The notes under the pieces are model-generated. The model did not search any database. It was not told the origin of the DNA and saw only the letters and a program-made list of their open reading frames with translations. Positions 39,476-49,630 of a stretch of 64,000 bases of DNA are shown piece by piece. Positions within the stretch are counted from its first letter, which is position 1, and each line of letters begins with the position of its first letter. The position numbers and the translations under genes were made by a program. The stretch is taken from assembly GCA_951406725.2 (NCBI GenBank), contig OX597830.1, positions 41,416,001 to 41,480,000 on the forward strand, read 5' to 3'. Source of the DNA: Octopus vulgaris (Eukaryota).

Positions 39476-39994
39476 CCGTAAATCCTCGAGTATAGTCTGC
39501 CCTTGAGTATAATATGCAGGGGATTTTTAGGGGACTGTACCTTTGAAAAACCTAAACCTTGTGTATAATACGCACCCCTTCTCTAACTTGAGTCAAGGTC
39601 TATATAATGTCCTTGGTTTGTAAAAATGTATACAGTAACGTCCTTTATTATTATTGTATATATAACATAATGCAAACGTATAACTTTTTTGTGCATTTTG
39701 TTTGCAGAAAATAAAGAAGTAACAGTAGAAACAGTAATAACGTTTAATAAATGTTGCTTACTGCAAGTTATGGATGATTCTTTTATAACTTCATTACTTT
39801 CAGGCTTAGCTTAAGGTATTTTCGCGCCCGACATCACAAAATGCGTCTGAATAAACATTGCCAGACAGCAAATAGAGACTCGGACATTGCTTAGAAAATA
39901 ATTTTCATTTTTAACCTCGTATATAGTACGCACTAGGGATTTTGACCATTAAATTTTGGGGAAAAAATGCGGATTATACTCAAGGATTTACAGC
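39476..39994. mobile_element. pogo/Tc2-like non-autonomous DNA element
   Basis: CCGTAAATCCTCGAGTATAGTCTGC ... GCGGATTATACTCAAGGATTTACAG TIRs, with repeated GAGTATAA subterminal motifs. Confidence 0.7.
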
Positions 39995-40854
39995 AGTTGA
40001 CAGTTCTTGCAAAAAAAAGAAAACCAAGTTCATAATTTGGCTAAGATATAAAACATGTTTAGCCTAAGGTCAGTCTTTACTGAGTAAACCTATGATCAAG
40101 AAGCATTCCTCCTCAGAATATCCCACATAATATAACTGGGATGGCATTCCAAATAGAGATTTGGCTGCTGTTTCTAATTGGTTATGAGATTACACAGAGG
40201 AGGGGTTCTGTTAGTTTGTTGTTTAAACCCAGGTCAGTCCTGATTAAGCAGACATATGATAAAAGATCACCTCCGTTTTTTGTTGTATTTGCTTTTCTCT
40301 GAATACAGTATAAAGCATCTAGAATGATATAAATGTAGGCATTTTCATTTTTTCTTTAAATGTTAATTTCAAGGAACAGTTGGGTGTTATTTTTAGCAGG
40401 CCAAGAGTTCTGGTTCCATATTGACCTTGTAGGATTGATAAAATGCCAGTCAAGTACAGCAAGTCGACATTATTGATTATACTCTGCTTTCAAAATTAAC
40501 TTTACATAAGAAATCATTTTAATAAAAGAAAGAATTACCATAGCATTGTTAGAGCAATGGAAAAGAATTCTTTGCAGTATTTCTTCCAGCTCTTTACATT
40601 TCGGGGTTCAAATCTTACCAAGGTCAACTTTACCTTTCACCCCTCTGGAGTCAATAAAATAATGTAGCTACACTTACTGGTCCTGTGCATAATTCAGAGA
40701 CAAATAACTATTCTTATTATGAAAAATTTGCATTGTAACTTAGCATTATGTAGTATACATGCTAATTCCTTTGGTTTTTCTTTCTTAGTTTTTAAGGTCC
40801 TTACCTTAGTTAATCTTATTACTGCCTTAATCCTAATACTGATTCTTCTTTATT

Positions 40855-41215
40855 TTAGAGATGAGGAATTATGTACATTATTTACATTGGACAGATAGTT
40901 GTCCTCACCTTGTTTGTTACCACAATGTTTCGGCTGATGTACTCTCCATCAGGTGTCCTGGTGGATTTTCAAACCCAACCCTTTATTTGACTAATAGAGT
41001 ACTTTCATTTCATTCCTAAAGTATTTTTTGCTGATGTTATTATTATCATTTATTCAAGTCACTGACTGGGATTGATCCAAGAATCTTGAGGTTAGTAGCT
41101 CATGCTCTTAACCACTACGCTATATGCCCGTGGGCTTGAATAAATAATAGTAATAGCATCAGCAAAAAGTACCTTAGAAATGAGAACAGAGTACCCCATT
41201 AGTCAATGTATAATA
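40855..41215 (-). mobile_element. Second copy of the tRNA-head + hammerhead retroelement (complete tRNA-like head 41058-41129, short inverted tail)
   Basis: Reverse complement reads GGGCATATAGCGTAGTGGTTAAGAGCATGAGCTACTAACCTCAAGATTCTTGGATCAATCCCAG, then (AAT)n, then ...GACACCTGATGGAGAGTACATCAGCCGAAACATTGTGG. 41136-41207 is an inverted copy of the post-head segment. Confidence 0.8.
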
Positions 41216-41768
41216 CACATTCTAAAATTTTTTCAACCATCAGAATAACTTGGGACTTATGAAAGGAAAGCTTTATATTACTCAGGCGTATGGAACAAGG
41301 GACTAACTAAAAGTCTGAAGACAACGATCAACATTTAGGAGAAACTTATGGAAATGTTTCAGACAGACAAAGGGTTAAAAAGAACTGGGCTGTCCACTTG
41401 GGAAGCCTTCACCTTAGACCATGAGAAAAATCAATGTAACTTTTAAAATTTAGAGAAAGGTTTTTCAACATTTCTTTAAGCCTTTAGCATTCGAGCCAGC
41501 CATGTCTGGTCCAAATATTCTACCTGTTTTATGTTAAAACTAGCCAGATTCAGCATCTTAAACCTACCTTGCAATGCCATTCTAAAAATAAACAATCACA
41601 TTATCAAAATCCCTCAAACCTACAGGATAACGCATGATTAATTCAAAACAATGTGAACGAAAAGGCATTACATCTGACAGAATAATATGAATGCTAAAGG
41701 GTGAAAAGACAAACAAGAGTAACAGAAAATTATTACTGTGATAACGAAGTATTTTTAATTAAACTTAC

Positions 41769-41908
41769 CTGCAAGTGACTGTGCCTGGCCATCTTCACGG
41801 AATTCAAGAAAATCAAGTAGATTTTTCCGTGAAAAATTGCGAGAATATGGCTCAAGAGAACCGTTTCGGTGTAAGAATATCACTGCATAACCACTATTGA
41901 GAAAATAT
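41769..41908 (-). CDS. PPCS: PPCS exon 3
   Basis: ataaatag|(E)YFLNSGYAVIFLHRNGSLEPYSRNFSRKNLLDFLEFREDGQAQSLA|gtaagt. Confidence 0.95.
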
Positions 41909-43337
41909 CTATTTATAAATTAATTGAAAATAACATTTGCCTTCTATAAAATCATTGAGCTTGCTTTTTTTAAATATATAAATGCAAAATGGTAAATTTT
42001 CAAGATGAGATCAGATGTGGGAAAGTTTCCTTGAAACTTCAATTTAAGCTGATATTGGAAAGAATGTTAAATGGTTAGTGAATTAATTAATTTCCTTAGC
42101 ATTTGTTTTTTTCCTATGCTAACAAGAATTTGGTGAGAATTTGAGGCAGGATTCTATGGCCAGATGCTAGTATAAAAAAAATATGTAAAAACAAATATAA
42201 ATGAACAAATGCTCTTCCTTTCACCAAACCTTAGCCATTTTTAAGCAAGAAATTTTTTTCTAGAAACCTTTGAAAGTGCAGAGAGACAAATTATAATGTC
42301 AACAAGGAATGTCATCTTCATTATAATTTTGCTTAAGCAGTGGGTGATGTGTGGAACATAAATATTCACACACATCCATATGACAGGCTTCCTGCAGTTT
42401 CCGCTTACCAGATTCACTCACAAAGTATTGGTCAGCCTGGGGATATCAATGCCTTTTGTAGAAGACATTTACCTGAAGTGCCATGCAGTGGGATCAAATC
42501 TGAAACCATGTGGTAGCAAAGCGAGCAAACTAAAGTAAATAGATTTGACCCTCCATTGATGGACACCTCCGACCAATAAAGTATTTTTTAATCTTTCTTG
42601 CTATTCTGTGGGTGAAGCATGAAAATTACAATTTTTTTTTGTCTTTTCAATAGTAGATACATCAATCAAAGTTCTGTTTTTAATGTATAGTAAGTCTCCC
42701 TTTTCTCACACCCTTTCCTCCAAATCCTTTAAGTATGGAAATTTAAATCAGATTCCAAATTCCTTTCAATATTTTCCATCAGCATCTTTTCACTGATAAA
42801 TGGTAGAATTACATTATTTACATTTGATGGATATTTGTCCTCATCGTGTTTGTTTTTAACACGTTTCGGCTGATATACCCTCCAGCCTTCATCAGGTGTC
42901 TTTGGGAAATTCCAAACCTGGACTCTCATTCCTAAGGTATTTTTGATGTTATTATTATATGGTAGAATTAGTCAGTCCATTGATTTCATTAAGTATTGGT
43001 GCTTGAGACCAGTTAGTCTACTTTCCCTTTTGCTAACACACTACACTCACGGAGTGGTTGGTGTTAGGAAGGGCATCCAGCTGTAGAAACACTACCCGAT
43101 CAGACTGGAGCCTGGTGCAGCCTCCTGGCTTCCCAGACCGCAGTCGAACCGTCCAACCCATGCTAGCATGTAAAACGGATGTTAAACGATGATGATGATG
43201 ATGATTCTTTTTCCCCTTTTTCTGTCTTAAAGATTTTATCAAAGTTACTAAACAAGACATCATTTTGAAAATAGTAAAAGCAAATATAAATTCGTATAAT
43301 ATAAAGTTTTAAAAAAAACCCCACAGAATAAGGATAC
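41909..43337 (-). other. PPCS: PPCS intron 2, probable U12-type (minor spliceosome) GT-AG intron
   Basis: Donor GTATCCTTATT. No polypyrimidine tract; TTTTCAATTAAT branch-like motif 11-12 nt before the exon. Confidence 0.8.
42812..42958 (-). mobile_element. 5'-truncated copy of the hammerhead retroelement with 12-bp TSD
   Basis: Flanked by ATGGTAGAATTA at 42800-42811 and 42959-42970. Hammerhead motif at 42858-42900 (reverse complement GACACCTGATGAAGGCTGGAGGGTATATCAGCCGAAACGTGTT). Confidence 0.85.
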
Positions 43338-43426
43338 TCAGCTGATGCTGATCCACGGGTCCCCTGGCTGAAGTTGTCAATAAAACGTACAGTTCGGCTT
43401 TCTAATGGAACAATGGTACCTCCAGA
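43338..43426 (-). CDS. PPCS: PPCS exon 2
   Basis: ttttttag|[30 protein letters not shown]|gtatcc; CoaB signature TSGGT..P...[11 protein letters not shown]. Confidence 0.97.
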
Positions 43427-46400
43427 CTAAAAAAAATAAAAAGGTAAACACAACAATGAGGTACTTAGAAAATGCAATTTATATAACACAAATCTGTAAA
43501 TAAATGATTATGATAAATATATAAAGCAGAGATTTCTAAAACCCTTTGTGTCTTGAGAGGGAAACCCTTTAAACTCCAATTGTATCATCTACAGAAAGTT
43601 AGTTTGAATGGCTAAACCACATTCCTCACCCCAAACTAATTTAAGAGAATTAAAATCAGATCTACTAGTTAAATACATGCTAGTTATATGATATATCATA
43701 TTTTCCACCATACAAATCATTTTTCAGACAAAAATTTTTTAGACAAAAATTGAAAGTAAAAATACATAGGCTGACTTACACACTAAGACAATTTTGGTGG
43801 ACCAATAATTCCATGTGAAATGCAGCAAGATTTGGAAAGATAGGGATGGTGCTGTTTGAATATTTACACTATATACTATGTTGACTTGTATACCAAAAAA
43901 ATACAGTATCTGCTCAGTCAATGACAAAATGCAGTGCCTACCAGGAACCAGGAACCATCAATTTTTCAGCTCTTAGTTAACACCTCCTCTACTCAGCCAA
44001 CCACACTTCCCAATAAATATTGAACAAATATCAAATACATTCATCATCATCATAATCAAATTTTATAATCTAGATTCTTTTACTTGTTTCAGTCATTTGA
44101 CTGCAGCCATGCTGGAGCACCGCCTTTAGTCGAACAAATTGACCCCAGGACTTATTCTTTGTAAGCCTGGTACTTATTCTATTGGTCTCTTTTGCCGAAC
44201 TGCTAACTTACAGGGATGCAAACACGCCAACAGTTGTCAAATGATGGAGGGGGAACAAACACAGACATAAAAACATATACTTACATACATACATATATAT
44301 ACACACACACACACACATTTAGACGATGGGCCTCTTTCAGTTTCTGTCAACCTAATCCACACACAAGGCTTTGGTCAGCCTGAGACTATAGTAGAAGACA
44401 CATGCCCAAGGTGCCACACAGTGGGACTGAACCCAGAAACATGTCATTGGTAAGCAAGCTACTTGCCACACAGCCACTCCATGTGATTATAATAATGTTC
44501 TCAAACAACAATAACTCCTGGCCTTCATAATTCGAAACACTGCCTCACAACCACTGGTCTTTGGCATTCATTGATAAGAAAACCAAGGAGTCAAGTTCTA
44601 ACTTTTTCTACATAAAAAGGGTTATTATACTTTGGCACCATTTCTAATAAAATAGGTCTATCCAAAACGAAACCAAACTCTTAAAACAGCCTCTCAACTA
44701 ACCTGAGCAATCTAATCATGATTGTAGTACTGAGTATGGATAGCTCTGACCTTTAACTTATTTTACCCAAATCATGCCACACAAGTCATCAATCTACATG
44801 TGAATGTAAACGAGGAACAGAAAAAGAAAAATTAAGTTGAACCCTGCAAGTTATTTCCCTTGATAGGCCGTAAAAAATTGATTGTATTTTTACCATTATA
44901 GACTGTGGATCAAGGCTAGTCTACACCAGAACTCTCATCCAAAAAGCTATGATTACAGGCGTTCTAACCGTGACAACCTCGTCTCTTCTTTTCAGCCAGT
45001 GTATCAAGGACAACATTATTCAATATGTCCTTTTTTTTTTTGACAATAGGGTTAGATTTAGCTAGATTTGAAGGACTCGTTAGTAAGTTGAACAAGTATG
45101 TAGAACAGTTCTTAATCACATTTCCTAGGACTTCATGTGGGGTTCATGCATAAATAAATAAATTTTTCTTTGACTGATTTGCGTTTTACTTTTTATGGTG
45201 TGGCCCAGGTTCTGAATTTGGCCTGGATTTAGAAAAGGTTGAAAACCACTGACATAGAGGTTCTCACATTGGATTGATATTACTAGTGTAAATAATCCAG
45301 ACTGATATAATCAGTGGGGATAAGTGGTTGTTTATAATAGTAAAGAGGATAAATATCTCACATCATCTAACTTCATCTCACATTAGGAATAATATTTTTT
45401 TTTTACTTGTTTCAACCATTAGACTGTGGTCATGCTGGGGCACCGTCCTGAAGAATTTTTAGTTGAATGAATCTACTCTAGTTATTTAAAAAAAAAAGTT
45501 TGGTAGTTATTACATAGGTCTCTTTTGCCAAACTGCTAAGTTATGTGGACATAAACACACCAACACCGGTTGTCAAGCAGTGATGGGGGACAGGCAGATA
45601 CACACATGCACATGACAGATTTTCTTCAGTTTCCTTCTACCAAATCCACTCACAAGTATTTGGTCAGTCAGAGGATATAATAGAAGACACTTGCCTAAGG
45701 TGCCATGTGGTGGGACTGAACTCAGAACCATGTGGGTGGGAAGCAAGCTTCTTCACACCCACCCACGCCTGTGCCTCAGATACCCGTCTTCATCTAATAA
45801 CGACCAATCTAAGGAGTGTCCCAACAATTGATTACCTCAAAGTTCAGTCCTTGTTGCAGTGTGGTATGACTTTGGTAGCTATGGCAGCAGAGTGCAAGCT
45901 CCTGATGGAGCCTCCCTTATTGGATACATCAAAGGATGGAGACCAGACTAATAGGGACCACCTCTGCCCAGAGGTAAAAATGGGTTTAGTTAGAGTCAAC
46001 ACACCTATCCTACCATGTAGAAGAAAGTAAAGTTAGAGAAACGTCAATTCAAAAACCAACAAGACCAGGGAGAAGAAAAGACAGCCCAAAATCAAGAGAT
46101 TGGAGAAAAAGTCATTGATAGCTCCATTAAGAGTGAAGGGTTCAACCCAGTACTTCCATTACGTATGAAGTCCTGCTTCTTAATCAGTATGCCGGGAACA
46201 TCCACTGTACATTTTTTTTCTATAACCATCATTTGCATTGAGTCCACAGTATTGATTTGTTCCTACCTATTCTCTTCTATATATTGAACAAAACCACTCT
46301 CCAGATGGCATATTCTGATTTTAATTAGTAGGTAATTATCAAGAGACTCTGGCCCACATACTTATGTTATAAAGACTTTATCTTTCGTTTTCAATTTCAG

Positions 46401-46739
46401 AAGTAATAGTGACCAAGTAAAAACCTTAAGGTTTGACCAAAGAACTACTTGCTGGCTAAACAAGGGCGACAACTCCGAAAGTTTCCAAATTCTGAGCTAT
46501 TATTAGCATATATTTATAAAGTCATTGTTTGCCATTCACTTTTCCATGCTTGCATAGAATTCATTTGAGGCGGATTTGTTATAGCCTGATACCCTTCCTG
46601 TCGCCAACTCGTTTCCAAGTAAGGTAATATTCCCCATGAGCAGATATTGTTTTCACAGAGGATTGGAAAGAAAGGACATCACTTGATTGTTAGCAACATT
46701 TACAACCATCACCTGAAGTCATGGCAAGGAGACAATAAC

Positions 46740-47130
46740 ACTCACACACACACACATATATATACACGCACACACACATATACATATATATATAGATATA
46801 CACACACATACATATATATATACACACACATATACATATATATACACACACACATATACATATATATACACACACACATATATATACACACACACATATA
46901 CATATATATACACACACATATACATATATACACACACACACATACATATATACACACACACATACATACATACACACACACATACATACATACACACACA
47001 TATACATACATACACACATATATATACATATATACACACACACACATATATACATATACACACACACACATATATACATATACACACACACATATGTATA
47101 TACACACATTCATACATACCTACATACATC
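46740..47130. repeat. (CA/TA)n degenerate microsatellite inside a SINE remnant
   Basis: Directly visible. Confidence 0.95.
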
Positions 47131-47504
47131 AGACCTCTTCCAGTTTCCTTTAATCAAATTCACTCACAAAGCTTTGGGTGACCTGAGGCCAAGGTACCAT
47201 GTGGTGTGACTGAACACAAGACCATGTGACTGGGAAGCAAACTTCTTACCACACAGCTAAACACATATGTACTTGATATATTTCCCACCTAATGTCCCAA
47301 TGCTTTTCCGTGTTACAGACTTTCTTCTATTCCTCCTTTTAAGACAACCATTTGGCACCATTAATCCTAACAGTCCTTTTTAACAACAGAAACAGAAGAA
47401 ATTAAATTTAACAACATACATAATTCTCCAAAGTATATCAAACATTGCAAAATGTGATATAATCCACATACATAAATTTAGTTTGAATTTTATTTTATCC
47501 ATAA

Positions 47505-47675
47505 GGAGTGGCTGTGTGGTAAGTAGCTTGCTTACCAACCACATGGTTCCGGGTTCAGTCCCACTGCATGGCACCTTGGCCAAGTGTCTTCTGCTATGGC
47601 CCCGGGCCGACCAATGCCTTGTGAGTGGATTTGGTAGATGGAAACTGAAAGAAGCCTGTCGTATATATGTGTATA

Positions 47676-47724
<49 letters not shown>

Positions 47725-48293
47725 GTGTGTGTATATGTTTGTGTGTCTGTGTTTGTCTCCCTAGCATTGCTTGACAACCGATGTGGTGTGTTTACATCCC
47801 AGTCACTTAGCGGTTCGGCAAAAGAGACCAATAGAATAAGTACTGGGGTTACAAAGAATAAGCCCCAGGGTCAATTTGCTCGACTAAAGGCGGTGCTCCA
47901 GTATGGCCGCAGTTAAATGACTGAAACAAGTAAAAAAAAGTATATTTTCATTTAACCAGAGCCAGCTCATGATTATTGTGGGATAAGCTCTCATTAAATA
48001 TAGGATTTGTGTGGATCAGCAAAATACTTTATATTTCATGCTGATAACTTTTAAACAACTTCAACTATGCTTTACTCTTTTACTTGTTTCAGTCATTTGA
48101 CTGTGGCCATGCTGGAGTACCGCCTTTAGTCGAGCAAATAGACCCCAGGCCATATTCTTTGTAAGCCTAGTACTTATTCTATTGGTCTCTTTTGCCGGAC
48201 CGCTAAGTTACAGGGACGTAAATACACCAGCATCAGTTGTCAAGCGATGTTGGGAGGACAAACACAAACACACAAACATATACACACACATAC

Positions 48294-48339
<46 letters not shown>

Positions 48340-48498
48340 GATTTCTTTCAGTTTCTGTGTACCGAATCCACTCACAAGGCTTTGGTCAGCCCAAGGCTAT
48401 AGTAGAAGACACTTGCCCAAGGTGCCACACACTGGGACTGAACACGGAACCATGTGGTTTGTAAGCAAGCTACTTACCACACAGCCACTCCTATGCCT
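47505..48498. mobile_element. Inverted (tail-to-tail) pair of SINE family A copies in PPCS intron 1
   Basis: 47505-47940 (+) and 48071-48498 (-), with a spacer of ~130 bp. Confidence 0.9.
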
Positions 48499-48579
48499 GA
48501 AGTTTTTCTTTCGCTCTTCTTTCAGACATTTTTGCCCAAAATTTCAACACATGATTATCCCTAATTTCTTTTCATTATT

Positions 48580-49248
48580 ATGGCAGCATCGTTAGTATGC
48601 CGGAGAAAGGGAGAAAGTGCTTAGTGGTATTCCATCTGTCTTTGCATTCTGATTTCAAATTCCACCAAAGCCAACTTTGCCTTTCATCCTTTCAGGAGTG
48701 ATAAAATGGATAACTGTTGAACACTGGGATTGATGTAATCGACTTTGGCCTTCTCCTGAAATTGCTGATCTTGTACCAAAGTCTGAGACCATTATTATTA
48801 TGGCAGCAAGCTGGCTAAACTATCAGAACACATGACAAAATGCTTAGCAACATTTCTTCTAGCTCTTTACGTTCTGAGCTCAAATAATGCTGAAGTCGAT
48901 CTTGCTTTACGTCCCTTCAAGATCAATAAAATAAGAGTCAGTTGAGCGCTAGGATCGATGCAATTGACTAACCCTCTCCCACCAAAATTTCTGGTCTTGT
49001 GCCTATGTTACAAACGATGAGAATCGTTATTATTATTTGCGAACTGGCAGACTCGTTAGCATGCTGAACAAAATGCTTAGCGGCATTTCGTCAGCCCTTA
49101 TGTTCTGAGTTCAAATTCTGCCGAGGTCAACTTTGCCTCTCATCATTTCAGGGTTGATAAAATAAGAATCAGTTGAGCACTGGGGTCGATGTAGTCGACT
49201 TACTCCTCCCCGCAAATTTCAGGCCTTGTACCTATAGCAGAAAGGATT
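48580..49248 (+). mobile_element. Head-to-tail array of three SINE family B copies
   Basis: Units start near 48580, 48801 and 49035, separated by ATTATTATT. Confidence 0.85.
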
Positions 49249-49630
49249 ATTACCTTCACCTTAGCGAAGGTGGATGTATTCTTTTCAGCCGTGTTTGTTT
49301 GTTTGTCATTGGACAAGATATCTCAAGAATCGCTGAATGCATTTGGATGAAGCTTTCAGGGATGTTTGGCCTCATGATTGGCACGAATTGATTACATTTT
49401 GGGATCGATCCGATACCGGACAAGGATTCTGGATTGCTTTTCCAGGTTTTTTTTTATATATATATACTTAATTATTGAGAGCGGCCCGAGTATATTTTTA
49501 GTATTCTCGTTCGTGAGAGCAGTCGAGTTTATTTCAGATATTCTCATTTTAAAAATCATCTCCCGCTAATCGTTGAGAAGGTGCTAGAGTTGCCTTGGCG
49601 GAGGTTTGCGCTCTCTTGAGTGCTCGTTAT
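49249..49630 (+). mobile_element. Helentron-associated non-autonomous element (HINE/DINE-1-like)
   Basis: 5' TTACCTTCACCTT..AAGGTGG hairpin/subTIR, (GTTT)n, 3' CCTTGGCGGAGG subTIR and terminal hairpin GCGCTC-tctt-GAGTGC, in a T-rich flank. Confidence 0.65.

Noticed and set aside
41058-41129. Possible tRNA gene
   Set aside because: The acceptor stem does not pair and the T-loop is degenerate; it is the head of a repeat. SINE A/B heads were rejected as tRNA genes for the same reason.
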